A program made the translations under genes and the position numbers. Source: Puccinia triticina (lineage: Eukaryota). From it: 64,000 bases of DNA. Each line of letters opens with the position of its first letter. Within the stretch, counting starts at the first letter, position 1. Under the pieces are notes generated by a model. That model did no database searches. It was not told where the DNA came from and saw only the letters and a list, made by a program, of their open reading frames with translations. Where the stretch lies: positions 7,254,001 through 7,318,000 of the forward strand of contig CP110439.1 of the NCBI GenBank assembly GCA_026914245.1, in the 5' to 3' direction. Shown here one piece after another: positions 48,332-61,989 of the stretch.

Positions 48332-49764
48332 ATGTTGGCCAACGGGTTTGTTTCTTTGGCTGTGCTCGGCCTGCTAGCTCGCAGCTCTTTAGCCATAGAC
48401 TGTTACCCGGACACTACTGTCCACAGGAAGGAATGCAAGAGGTCCGCGTCGCGTTTCCTCCCGCCAGTCTCTATGTACTCACCAAGTTTTCGAACGATGC
48501 ACTCCATTCCCGTAGCGCAATATCTCAAATAGTCTACCGCGACGGCAATATCCTTGGCTCCGCATCTAAATCCTTCGGGTATATTAACGGAAACTGCTCT
48601 GTATGCCCACGTCATTTGTAACTCAGGCCTCCCGCTGAGCCCGAAGTGTTTCGTGACCGATCTAATATCTGATATAATTGACCTTAATTGACCAATGAGC
48701 AGATCATCGTCGTCAATCCCAAGGGCGCTCACGTGTACGTAGACTATGTCTTGTCGGCACCTTGCTAAGTCACAGTGGATCTAATGTAAACATTATTTGA
48801 TGATGACAGCACCAAGAAGCAAATCGAAAGCGGCTTTGAACAAATTCTCGACCAATGCAAACCAGGGGTAAGCAATGCCAGGATGTCTGATTTCGTCTAC
48901 AAAGCAGGGACTGATGAGGGTATTTGTATATGTACATATAGACCGGAGGGGGCAACCTCCCAGCCAACGAGGCAGTATTTTTAAACATCGGCAACCGCGG
49001 CATTAAGCAGTACGCGGTGTACGAGTCGGATTTCCCGTTCCGCAAGGAAGTCTGTGGACTGAACACCAATGCCCCCGACACCAAGAAGGAAGATTGTGTG
49101 AAGTATGCCATTAGATCTGTGGAGCCCAGTTTGGGTGCATAGGCCCGCTCGAATAGCCCAGCTGAACAGACGTGGTTTTCGCACTGCTTTAGGGCCTACG
49201 AGTCTTTCTATCTCGGCGGCGAGGGCGAATTCATCAATGATGGCAAACTGATGTCCTCGAAAATTACGAAGACCTACAAATCATGCACTGTGAGTCTATT
49301 TGATTTCCATTCCACCCATCTCTTACGCCTTCAGCGCGAATCCTTTGGATCAGATGCACTAGATTGACCGTGCTCTATGCCAATAGGTATCGATTTCCAC
49401 GTCCGATGGATCCAACATTACCGCGTCAGTCTGCAGCCCATCAAGCTTATCTGTCTGCGATTCCTGACCCCACTCTTTAAAAATTGAATAATAACCTTCC
49501 AGAACCGGATGGAGTGTTCGTCCCAAATTCGACAAGTTGCTTGACCGGTGCAACGGCAAAGTGAGCCAACTTTTCCAACTGTTACTTTTGATCAGTCGGG
49601 TGTGAAGCCAGTAGGGAACCTTGTTGACATCGTAATCTCTGGATTAGTCTGGCGTGGTTAGCTTGAAGGAAGGAGCTCAAGGAGACAACGGCCGAGTGTT
49701 TTTGAAGACTAGGAGCAGCATTCCCTGTGGCCTGGAAGACCCCAAGAAACAAGTTTGCTACTAA
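48332..49764 (+). CDS. Multi-exon small Cys-rich secreted protein, candidate effector
   Basis: Signal-peptide-like MLANGFVSLAVLGLLARSSLA|IDCY. Short GT-AG exons with GNCSI, VCGLNTNAP..EDCVK, YKSCT and a final GRVFLKTRSSIPCG..VCY*. Internal exon limits not all resolved. Confidence 0.75.
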
Positions 49765-50508
49765 GTTTAAAGCTTATAACAATTGATATAGCTTTATTTG
49801 ATCAGTCTTTTGCTCCTACGGCCCTTCTAAACACACACTCTTGACCTATTGATTCGCACAGAAGTGCACTCAGTGGTTTCTAAAAATTGGACACTTGATA
49901 TATAATTTATGATAAAAAAAGTCTAACCAGCCTGCCGATATTTGAGGATGAAGACAATCAGCCAATCTTTGAGTTTGAATCCAATTTGGCGAGATTGAGA
50001 TTGCATCTGATTCATCCACCAATATAGGTATACGGAGGAGAAAAAAAAGAAAGAAAGATCATAGAGAAGGTGGTTGTTGATATGTTGAGTGTCTTGGGGA
50101 GCTTTGGACTGGGACACTGGAGCAGTGGCGCCCTTCCAAAATGTCTGATAATCAATTCAGATCAGGAATTATCCCCCAGCTGGAATGGCATGCCAAAGAC
50201 AAGCAGGCAAAATTTGCAAGATCAATGCAGAGCATCTGTGCCATGTCCAGTCTCTCTTTCGATTCTTTGGTACGCCGTAGTAACTGGATCTGTTCCGATT
50301 GCATTTTCAATTGTGTTATATAGGGCCAGCCAGAAGTGGTGGGACTTGTGCGCAGTGCCATGTGAGCTTGGAAGTGAGTGAGGTTGCTGTGCAAGCTAAC
50401 TCCCCCCCAACTTCACGCGCCCCCCGCTCGGCGTTATCTCATCGACTTCTCCCAGCAACCTCTCTGGTCTCTCTTCTCGGACTACCCTATCCCAGCCAGC
50501 CCAGCCCC

Positions 50509-53500
50509 ATGTCCGCATCAGCGGCCAACCAGAATCTGCCGAACTCCGAGGAAGCCGCCGGCTCAAGCTACAGCGGCTTGTTCGGCTTGGAGGACGACGC
50601 GGACAGCCGGAGCGATGTCGACGAGTTCGAGGGCGAGGATGGCGATGATACACATGGAGACTCGAAATGGGCGTACCAGTATTGGCAAGTAGAAGGTTTC
50701 CATCATCCAGCCTTTCTTGGCGATGCCTACCATCCTGGTCCTCATCATCCATCCACCTCTCATCAACCGATGACCCCTGGTCGCAGCCAAAACCCAACCA
50801 AGAAACGCATCCCCCCATTCAAGGAGCTCAAGGGCGTGACCGCATACGACATCTCTGCGAGAAGGTTCCACGATGACGAGAGCTATATCAGCGACTTCAA
50901 CCCACAGCATTCGCCCTCCATCCCCGCCCATCACCATCCCGCCGAGCTGAGACCCGAGGAGAAGGAACGCTTCGAATGGCAGGATATGCTCACCAACGTC
51001 CTGACCGGCGAGGTGCTCAGGACGGAGAAGACGAGGATCTCCGAAGTCTCCGGAGCTAAGGATACCAGCATGCGCCAGCAGGACGCCTCGAGGATGTCCG
51101 ACATCTGGGTCGGACTCCGTGCCTACCTGCGCTGCCGATCCATGGCCGACGAGCAACGCTATCTAGAGGATGCCCGGCTGCAGATGGACCAGGTCCTCGA
51201 GGACGTCCGCAAGTTCAGGGTATCCTCCAGAATCCCAAAGGATGAGGCCATCCAACGGGTCCAGTCCCTGCTCCTCAGAGTCGATTGGTGCGAGACCCTC
51301 TATCCTTCAAACAAATCCCTCGGAAGGGAACGCCCAGCCTGGAAAGAACCTGAGATCGTCTCGAAGCTCGAAACTCTGCGCTCATGGGATAACAACGTAC
51401 GGGGGCTCAGAGTCCAGATCGGAATCCTACAGAAATTCATGCGTGCAGACAAGCTCGATGTCATCCATCCCAACCTACCACAGTCATCGCCAACCTCATC
51501 CTCACTCGATCCAGCTAACCAAGCCTCATCATCATCACCTCCGATCGACTCCGATCCACAGGCCCCATCCCCACCCAACTCCCAGCCAAACAACACCGGC
51601 CCAGCTAATTCGAAACCATCCAAACAACTCTTGGAACCTTCGACGTTTGTCGAAAGAATCTTGCAGGAAGGATCAGTCAATCGGCTCTTTGCACAAAACA
51701 CCTTCGATAATCTGAATCGGTTGATCATCAAGGCCAAGGAGACCATGATCAAATTCCTAACCTCCTTCGAGACCTTCAGATTACCATCCTATCGAGACGA
51801 CCTCTTAGTCCTCGCCAACTTTGCGCCCTCTCTGATGCAAGAAGTGCTGAGGATTCGGCTCCAAAACGTGAAGCTCTTACGAAGTGATCTCTCAGAACTC
51901 CCGCCGGTCCTACTCCAACAGCTGACCGATGATTTCCGGACGAGCTTGACTCATGCCACTGCCGTCAAAAAGTTCTGGATGGAAATCATGAAGGCTGAGA
52001 CGAATTGGGACATGTGTTTACCTGAGGCCGAACGCCAAGCTTTTGACGAGACGCTGACGAACGCCTTGAAGTTTTTTTTCAGGCTGTTGAACACTCATAT
52101 CCTAACCGGCAGTAATAAAACCTTAGACTCCAAAGATACTGAGGTCGTCGAAGGCGAATGGAGTTTTCTCAAATCTGCAGTGGCTGAGATCGAAGGGGGC
52201 GATGTACTGTTGGGTGAACATTACAGGTCAGTGAGGGATCTTCACGCTCATCTCTGTTTTCAACTCATCCCCGAAAGAGCTTCTCTTGAGATTAATTTTT
52301 TATTTTTACACCTCACAAATAATCAATCATTTCAGCACACTCACTCATCGGCTGATGTCACGGGTTCATCATTTCTTTGACACCAATCTAGACATTGCTG
52401 AGCGACGATTGAGCGCACGGAAGGTTAACGTTCCAGAATTAGTGAGGTGGAACGAGCTCATTCTGTCCTCCCTTCGTCAGCGGCATCGGAAGGTCCTCCG
52501 GTTCAGTCGGACTATCCTTAGCCGGTTCGAAAACTCGGCCGAGTATGCACTCGAGAAATTCTCGATCGATCTCAGCTTCTTCGTCGGTGGCCTCAACGAA
52601 ACCAACCACTTCTTAATCTACACCGGCAACTTCGAGCGCGATGGGATCTATCTCGTCGGCTCTCCCTCGCTCTCCCAACGTCCCGACATCGTCTCCGCCC
52701 TGCTCTCCAAATGTTTCCATATCCACACCCAGCCGGACTACGAACCGCCACTGACACGAAACAGTAAGACCCCCGATCTTCCACAAACCGATGGATTCCA
52801 GCCTGAGCACTTCACACCAACGGGCAATCCAGCAAACGACGAGACGGCCTCGATCCACGGGGCACACTCGAATGGGAAGGTCAACTATCCCCATTACATC
52901 CTCATCCTCTCCCCTCGTGACCCATTCATGTGGACCGGACAAGTGATGAACATCGATCTGCCCAAGGTCGAGCTCGACGTTCGTGACCATCGAGTCAGGC
53001 TGGTTGCCGATGGACCCGGCCAACACCTCTATCTAGCCAAGTCAGCCTTCCTTGGCACCTTCCCCGCCTTTCGGGCACTGACGGTCGTCGACCAGAAGGC
53101 CCATCTCTTCCGCGTGAACCGGGAGATTAAGAAGATCAAACGGGCGAGCTACCGGATGAGCGAGACGGTCATCAAAAGCGTCGATCGGATCATCCTTGCC
53201 GTCAAGAAAGCCCCAGGCTCAGAGCCGCTCCTGTCAGCCTACTTCAACTTCGCCGCCGAACTTTCCGAACGAAGTATGCGGTATATGGAGAAAGCAATCC
53301 GAGAACGGTACACGGCTCTGTTGATCCAGTTCGGGATCAAGTGGATCTCGTTCGTCTCTGACGATTGTAAGACGGACGACCTGAAGACCTTCAGGGCGGC
53401 CGTGAATGCGCTGGAGTTTGTGATGGAGAAGACGAAGGATGATATGATTTTAGAGCTGAGTGACGAAGAGTTCGTTCGATTGAGGTCAAAGGTGGCCAGT

Positions 53501-55128
53501 TGTATGTCACTCCTGATCTCCCATTTCGACGTGCTTGGGGCCCGGAGCAAGGCGGAGGCCAAGCAGCAGAAGGAACGGCTGGATGCCCAGCGCCAGGAGA
53601 TGAAGTGGCGGCTGGACAACAAGATGGCGCACATGAAGGGTCGTGATTGGTCGATGGTTGCGGGGGAGGGTCGGACGGCGAAGAACCGAGAAGGGATCGA
53701 CTCGGCCCTGTCGAGTCTGAGCGAGCGACGCGAGCGTTGGAAGGGCCCATTGGAGGCGCTCGATGCGGCACGGCACGAGAAGCTCGCCTCGCTCGGCCTC
53801 GCTGGCCAGGAGCTCGACCACAATGCCAGCGACAACCGCGGCCTCCTGTTCCTCGCCTCCTCCTCTTCCAACATCTCCATCCGCTGGCAACAGGGAAGAT
53901 ACGTCGGCGGTGGCACCTTCGGCTCCGTCTATCTTGCCGTCAACCTCGACACCGGCGACGTCATGGCCGTCAAAGAGATCAGACTGCAGGATATCACCAC
54001 CGCTCCTAAACTCGTCGACCAGATCAGAGACGAAATGAATATCATGTCCCTCCTCAGACACCCTAACATCGTCGAATATTTCGGCATCGAAGTCCATCGA
54101 GATAAGGTGTATATCTTCCAAGAGTTTTGTGAGGGTGGTACCCTCGCCGCTCTCCTCGAAAACGGAAAGGTCGAAGAAGAACTTATCTGTCAGATGTACG
54201 CCCATCAATTATTAGAAGGTTTAAATTATCTTCACTCCAATAATGTCGTTCATCGCGACATCAAACCTGACAGTCAGTCCGACCAGCCGCTCTCTTCATT
54301 ATCTACGTATATGCTAACCAAACCATCGGAATGATTTGCAGATATCTTGTTAGATAAGGAAGGCAAGTTGAAGTATGTCGACTTTGGCGCGGCGAAGATC
54401 TTAGCGAAAGAGTCACGAACGCTAGCCTCGAAGCGATCGAGACGGAACAGTTCGTGGATTGGCAAGGGCGGAGTGGGCGGGGGCGACAACAACACGTCGA
54501 TCACCGGCGTCCAGATGAACAGCTTGACCGGCACGCCCATGTATATGAGTCCTGAGGTCATCAAGGGCGAGGAGTTCGGCAGACCCGGGGCTATGGATAT
54601 CTGGAGCTTGGGATGCGTCGTACTGGAATGCGTGACCGGGAAAAGACCGTGGAGTAATCTGGATAACGAATGGTGCGTGATTTCGTCTTGATGGTAATTG
54701 ATTGCAGATCGCAATACCCATCAATCATTTTGAATTTTTTTAGGGCGATCATGTTTCACATCGGTATCGCCACCAAACATCCACCGTTGCCGGATCCGCA
54801 AGAGTTATCGGAGCTAGGGATCGACTTTATCCGCAAGTCGTTGACGCTCGACCCGGTGACCCGGCCGACGACGGTGGACTTGTTGAACCATCCTTGGATG
54901 AAGGATTTGGCGGCGTGTTTGATGGAGATGAACGAGGACAACGAGGAGTTCAACACCTCTACCTCCAACCCCATCCACCCCTCTTCCTCCTCGTCCGCCT
55001 CCACTTTCGACCTCGGCCAGCAACCACTGTCCACCTCAAATATCGTCAATCAGCTCGACGCTGTCTCTCTTCATGCACAGAAAACCGCGCTGGATAGCTT
55101 GCCTGAGGTCGAGGAAACCGACGCTTGA
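50509..55128 (+). CDS. SSK2: MAP kinase kinase kinase of the Ssk2/Ssk22/Wis4 (HOG pathway) type, ~1456 aa
   Basis: Exons 50509-52226, 52336-54272, 54342-54672, 54744-55128 sum to an intact frame. ERFEWQDMLTNVLTGEV N-terminal block. Kinase motifs SIRWQQGRYVGGGTFGSVY, AVKEIR, HRDIKP, DFG, GTPMYMSPE, RPWSNLDNEWAIMFHI. Confidence 0.93.
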
Positions 55129-55260
55129 ATTCTCCCCCCTCCTTTTTTTCCTCTCCGTCTGCAACCCCAATCAACCGCCATCTCCAGCTCACCCTCTCCC
55201 CCTTTTTGTGGCTCTTTCTCCCTCTCTCACATAACCTATAAACGTTTTCTTCTCTCTCTC

Positions 55261-55269
55261 CCTCCCCCC

Positions 55270-55303
<34 letters not shown>
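55261..55303. repeat. Poly-C tract in the MAPKKK 3' region
   Basis: More than 30 consecutive C. Confidence 0.9.
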
Positions 55304-56019
55304 TTCCCTGTTCGCGTTTACTGAGGGCAGTAAAGTAGGGCGGTAGACCGATCTGCAAATAATGATATAGAAGACTTGGATATACACAGATAAAATATAC
55401 ACACGATTCAACGAAATAATTAATGAGCACCATGTAATCTTTTTGATATAATAAACAATTCAACTAAGTTAATGTTTAAACGTAGATCATTGTTGTACAA
55501 AAGTGTCCGCTCATGGCAAGGCACAATAGTCTATGTACATATGTTCCCGTTTGTTGTACGTTCGATGTTGGATACATAGAGATGCTTGGTCACGTAAAAT
55601 CATATAACTGTAAAATCGTAAACTTCCGAGCAGAAAACAGATGTACAGTGGGTGAGCTGATGTTTGAGTCTACGTTTTTTGTTGCAGAAGCTCCGGCCAC
55701 AGAACAGAACTTCCAGAAGTCATGGCATTGGCTACAGGGTGAAAGATAAGTTGCCCAGTGGCAAAATGATTATGAGGTAGAGCAAGGAAAATTGAAAAAT
55801 GCGAAAATTATCTAATTGAGGGGCTCAGCTAATCAACTCCCAAGGATTCAACTTGCGTCAGATGTCCAGAAGACCAAATTTTGATGTCCGGCCCCAGTCC
55901 CCGGGACCAAAAATTGACCCGGGGCAAATTTGGGAGTTGGAAGTCAAATTATTTAATACAGATTACAGCTCCACTTGTTGAACAGGTCTGATGATGGATT
56001 ATGGTTGGGCCAACCCAGC

Positions 56020-57095
56020 TGTTATGGTCAAGTCTGTAGGAGAGGAAGAGAGGATCTGCGGAGCAAAGGTCTGGGGGTTCTGGATCCAAGATGGTTGTAG
56101 ATTGCAGGATGAGGGAGCAGTCTGGGATCTCCAGGCTCTCAAACCTTGAGAGTGCAGTCTGTGACATGTGCGTGTAAGCTATGTGCATGGAAGCCTGCAC
56201 TGCAGAGCTCGCACCACGGCTCATAACATTGTCCCCCCTTTAATGCCCAAGCCTCCCCCTTGTACAGTTTGATCATGAAAAAAATTCTCCTCTTTTGGCT
56301 CTGCATTCTATCCCCAGGCAGCATTAAAAAATCCCATGGGAAAAAGCTTGCTATCTTACTTTCTTCTCCACATCTGTTGGTGTTTGGCCGCCGCCTCCGG
56401 GAATTTGATGTTGAAGTCTGCCAATAGATCTCCGCAGTTTGTCAGATTTGCTGCTGGCTCCCACAAGTTCTCCTTGGGTCTGAATCCCTTCCCACTGACA
56501 AGGTATTGAAGTGTCCGCCCTCTCCGCCAACAATCAAGTACCTCTGCCGCCTCCCATTCATCTCTGCCATCCACTATTCCCAATGCTGTAACAGATACAA
56601 TACAGTTATTGGTACTGTATCTGTATTGTATTGTTTTTTGATGCTGATACATGTATCTGTATTGTATTGCCAAACCAATACAATAAATGAATCTCTGTGT
56701 ATTGGCCCTCTGATACAGACAGATACATGTTGGAGTTATTTTGATTGGATTGGCACGCAATCCAATACAAATACAAGTATCAGAATATCTGATACAATCA
56801 ACGGTGAAACAATATGATACCAGACCGGTATTGGCCAATACTACGTATAGTATTGTTTTTTTGATACATCAGAATTCAATACCATGTATTGTATTGAAAA
56901 AAAGATATGATATGGTGGTACTGTATCTAAAAAAACAACACGTACCGTACTGTTTCACTGTTGATACAATACATGATTGACAAAAAATTGTGCATTGTCC
57001 TACCCAATAAAATACAGATAAATCAGCAATACCATATCAGATTGGATCTGTTACAGTGTTGCTATTACCGGCTCTGGGGTCTGCCTCCACGACTT
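56020..57095 (-). mobile_element. 3' end of a chromovirus (Ty3/gypsy): chromodomain, PPT and 209-bp LTR (56020-56228)
   Basis: PEPVIVDGRDEWEAAEVLD..LQYLVSGKGF..ENLWEPAANL. PPT AAAGGGGGGA just before TGTTATG...CATAACA. Confidence 0.88.
56581..57061. mobile_element. MITE with 7-bp TSD inserted in the chromovirus integrase tail
   Basis: TIRs CAATGCTGTAACAGAT / ATCTGTTACAGTGTTG. Flanks CTATTCC / CTATTAC. Removal restores EPVIVDG in frame. Confidence 0.88.
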
Positions 57096-59519
57096 TTTTG
57101 GGCTTGTGTTTTCAAGGTCAGCAGAAACTAGAATATTCATGTTTGTGATTTGGCAAGATTGCATCCAAACTCCGCCTCCACGGTGTTTTTGAGTTGGCAA
57201 GGAAGGATGTCTTTAAGGGTCCAGCTTTTGTTAATCATCTTGGGCTTATTCAAGCTCCTGAAGAGTACTTCTTTGTTTTTGTCCTTCTGAAGAAGCAAGC
57301 ATTGACTGCAAGAAAAAATGATAGCAATGGTGCTTGATCAGTTTCTGCTTTTCCAGAAGGGGCAGCTTCAATAATATTCCTGCAAGAAATAAAACACACC
57401 CAAACTGAGCAAGTTGAGTAAACCACTTCTTGGACAGGCGGGAAACAAAGGGAATGTTATATGATAGTTGTCTGGAAGTGAGATAAGGATTGAATGCAAC
57501 CTTCATCTTTCATATTTTTTGAACCATTTTGGGAGAGGTGATTGAGCCAATTAGAAATCCCTGATCTGGCTGAAAACAGGCATGAAAATGAATCAAGCCA
57601 CACTGTCAGCCTTAGAGATACATCAAGTATCCAAAAGACTGCAATAAATTAGCAAATAATAATAATGAGTTAATTATTATTGCAAAATCAGATTCCTCAT
57701 CATAAATTAAGGGGGGTCACCCACTTAAAGTAACCCCTTATTCCTATTCCTTTATGTTAATTGTATAATTAAGAATTGGCCCCAGAAAGCGCCCAAAAAA
57801 TGTATTACATACATAAAATTAGTAAAATAAACAAAGTACATAAAATTAAACTAGATTAGATTAATGAGTAATATTACTCGTGTAAAAATACCCCATGAAA
57901 AAATTATGTAGACTTCTACTGAAGCTCTTTCACATGACAATTGGTTATAAACATGTCATGTGACAGAGTCAGGGAAATTAGTCTATTATAATACAAATAA
58001 ATTGCCCACAGCCAAGCCTTGTTCACGTATACACCCCAGGATACTCCCATAGGGAGAAAAGGACTTAGTGGTTGCACCCACTGAAGTCCCCTCTATAAAT
58101 AGAGGCCTATTTGGCCCTCAGGAAAAGATCCCCCAGACCATTCACCACCCAGAAACTGTAAGTTTGCCATGAATATTCTCCTCTGCTACTACTGTAGCTC
58201 CTTTTTCCTTTAAACCATCCCCAGCATGCAAAGTCCACTGGATTAAACCCTTTAAATTATCAAAAATCCCTTATTAGCATATTTAAAGCTTTATCCTTAT
58301 AAGTAGTTGCCGTAAGACCACCGCCTCTGTCAAGCAGCCAATCAGTTTAAGCGCTTACCACCTACTTTTTATGCTAAATTTATTCCCTATAATTAATAAT
58401 TATATATTATTAATTACGTAATAAATCTTCCTCTTTTAAAGAGTGTCTAAAACCCTTGTAGTGGCCATATTTACCACATAACAAGTTTAGTAATTACCTA
58501 CTAGTGTTTACATCAGCACAGTTAAAGTGCTAGGGCCCAAAACCCTTATCTTTACGGGTTTTTGCCCTAAGCTTCATAAACAGAGCTGTCACACACACTG
58601 CTCCATCAACAGTGGGTTGCTACTTTACATTTATTGGTAAAGTAGTATTGATTTAGTGATTTTTGGTCACTCTACGCAAACCAAACGGGTAACCACCATC
58701 CAATCCTGGGCTGTCCCTTAGTTTCCTCATTTTCCTTTTATGTTTCTTTCCACTTTTCTAGTGCAATTAAACTTTTTTTCTATCCTCTTGGATAGAAACC
58801 CACCGATGTAGAACTATATTGTTTAGGTAACCTAGAAGCCTCTTGCTGCTTCCCAAGTTACTCAGGTATGGGCTAAAGGAGGAGGAGGTTTCACTCCTTC
58901 TACTCCTCTTCTCCGTAGGCTGGTGTGCCCCTTGAAAGGGGAGATTTGGGAGTTGAAGGTTTTGGGATTAAACCTAATGTGATCACCTCCTCCTGGACTT
59001 TCCTAGAAGTCCTCAAGTTCTGAGCCCAATGGGCGGGTGGGAACCCTAACTGGGTGGGTGGGTGGGGCAAAAATTACCAGTAGATTCCTGCAAATGCTTC
59101 CGGCGGCTTGGCTATGTTGGCTGAGGCGTTGAGTTGGGGATATCCCTTGCGTCGGCTCCCTGCCTTCTGCTGGTACGGGTTGCTCTAGATCAACTAGGTG
59201 ACGGGTTGCCGCCGCAGCCGCCTGCAGCTCTGTAACCTCCAGGCTCCAGGCTTGTGACCCGGCTGGCCCCTATCTTTGGCCTTTGGGCACCTTGCCTTCC
59301 CGGGCTTGGTGCCCAGAACACATCTATTACTTGCCCACCCTTAGACTTTCTCACCTCCCGCTGCACTCCCAGTAAGCGGCAATGAAATATGGTGCAATAT
59401 CAATAACACACTGAAGGAGGGTTTTTTTTCAAGTCTGCTACAATATCTATGCACAGAGAAGCAGTTATTGAGCAATAAAAGGCCATTTTAGGGCAAATTT
59501 GGCCTTTCAGTGCTCATCA

Positions 59520-61989
59520 CCAGGGAGGGATTTGATGCACTCTCTAGAGAGTGCCAGACCGTAATTTTGTCAGTTGCTTGGTATGATGTGAGTTCAATGT
59601 CATCTGTAACTTTGTTAAACTTCCTCCCCAATAGAAGGGTAACTGTAGGTGAAGTTGTTGTGAAATGATCTGTCACTCAATGTCAACAAATCATTATTGC
59701 TCTGTTGAATTTTTGTGTTTGGTTCATCATGATCACAATTTTGAACACAAGCTTCAATGCACAAAGGTGTCGCCAAGAATGTACCTATCCTTATGCTAGA
59801 ATATTGCTTTATCCAAGTGACAGGCAATATTTTTCATTGCAGAATTGTTTTAATTCAAAAACCAAACAACACCACATTATGAAAAATACTTGTCAAGTAT
59901 AGCAACTTCAGAGGATCAGCCAAACGGTGGATGAATCCTAGTTAGTGACATATTTCAGCCATGATATTATTTGGGGAGAGCGGTTTGGTATCAAATTTAT
60001 ATTCTTCAAGAACAGGGAAAAAGGTAGGAAAACCTGTGTAACATGAAATTTGACTCCCAGAAATACAAAATGTGAAACTACTGGATTTAGTTTTCCCTAA
60101 AAATTTTACTAAGTGATGGAACATTCAGGAATTTTAGATTCTGAAGTGTGAATTGCTTATTATCATTTTGGAATACACACCTTGTGTACAGGACTACACA
60201 TTGTACAATTTTCATACCTATAGTTAAAACTTACTGAAAAATGCAGGGTTTAGAGCCACAAATAAAATTGTTCAACACCAAAGGGGGCTAGATTGGTGGA
60301 GGTTAACGGGAACTTCAATATCCCCTTGCTTCTGAAAACAGCTGGGGAAATAATTCAACAGTTTGCCTGAGACCTCCAAGGAAAAGAGTCAATTCTTAAA
60401 TGCTCACACACATCTTGGTTTGGGTTATGTATGCCTTTTGTCTTTTAGATTGATTGTCTTCACATATTTTCCATACATATTTTCCATGAATTTTCTCCTG
60501 CACGTAGGATTCATTATTCACAGGTAACTTTGTTTCCATGTGCATGGTGCAAAAATTTGGTGTTGATTGCTCTTATCACATGCCACTTAAGTAGCACAGG
60601 CTGCTAGATAAGCCTTTGGTACTGTAGACCTGCTGTATCCAGACCACTGAAAATTATTGGCCTTGGAACAGCAGGAGTGGCACGCACATGTGAGGAAAAG
60701 AGTTAAAAAAAATTTTGTCTGGTGGTTTGAAGGTGGGCACAAGTAAACTATGGGCGCGCGGGGAAACTTGGATTGGTTTTTTATCCCCCTGTGTCCCCCG
60801 GGGAGTGTTATTTTCTTATGTAATGTCCACCCTCAGGTTTGGGCGAACGTGAGGGTGGACATTGGCAAGTCGCTGGCACATGTACTGCAAGTTGATGAAC
60901 AGTGTGTACTGTTCATCGCACTGGGAAAGTCCCAGCTGACTCCCAGTACATGCTGGCAATCAAGCTGGGCGTATCCGAGCCTTGTAGGGAGTATAAACTG
61001 CCTACCAAGCTCAGATAGGCCCAGATCGATGACCAGCATGTGCTGGTCATTGGGCTAGGGCTTCTCCGGCTCAACGACAAGCACGAACTGGTCATCAAAC
61101 TGGCAGAGGCCGCGCTTGGTGACCAGCATGCACTTGTCATCAGCCCCCTGGCTCTCCGAACTCAAACCCGGAGTACATAGGTCATCAAGCCAGGGAAGCC
61201 CTCGCGCGATGACCAGCACATGCTGGTCATCTATCTGGGATATTACGAGCTCAGTAGGCAGTACATACTGTCCACCGAGCTCTTAAAAGCCCAACTGAAT
61301 GACCAGTACAAGCTGGCTGTTGAGCTGGGATTTTCCCAGCGCAATGTGGGGTGCATGCCGGTTCACCAGGCTGAGAAAGGCTCCGCTCAACAACCATTAT
61401 TTGCTGGTCATTGAGCTGAGATTTTCACAGCCTATTACCCTGTAATCAATTGGATGGTGTCTCCACTTGATGGCCAGTGCACACTGGTCATTGAGAGGAG
61501 AAAACCTTCATTTGATGGCCTTACAAACTGGTCATTGAGCAGAGGATGTCTCAAATCAATGGCTAGTAATATACATGGCCATCAAGTGAAGCTCTCCAAT
61601 CAATTGCCAGTACCCAGGCTCATTGATTGGAGTATGTCTCAACTTGATGGCCTTCCAAACCACCATTGAGCGGAGGCTTTTGCCACTCAATGCATGTCCA
61701 TACTGGTACTCAATTGGAGGGTGTATCCACTTGATTTCCAGTACACACTGGCCAGTGGAGGATCCCTGTGGGTGCCAGCATGAGCAATTGATTTGAGAAA
61801 ACCAATATTTGAGTTTAACTCACTCAAACACACAAGATTGGATATGGAACAACTCAGTATGAGTTCAGTATAACCATACTGCTGAACCACAATAAAGTTA
61901 CACATGAGGGAATGGTTCACATCTGGCAGACTTCCAGGGAGAAATTACGGTCTGGCACTCTCTAGAGAGTGCAACCAATCCCTCCCTGG
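59520..61989. mobile_element. Non-autonomous TIR element (~2.5 kb) containing a stem-loop array (~60850-61760)
   Basis: ~48-bp inverted repeats CCAGGGAGGGATTTGATGCACTCTCTAGAGAGTGCCAGACCGTAATTT at both ends. Flanks CA / TA. Confidence 0.7.

Noticed and set aside
57700..59340. Possible LTR or gag remnant (TATA-like TATAAATA at ~58094, GC-rich segment 58860-59330)
   Set aside because: No convincing termini, TSD or protein motif could be fixed; left unannotated.
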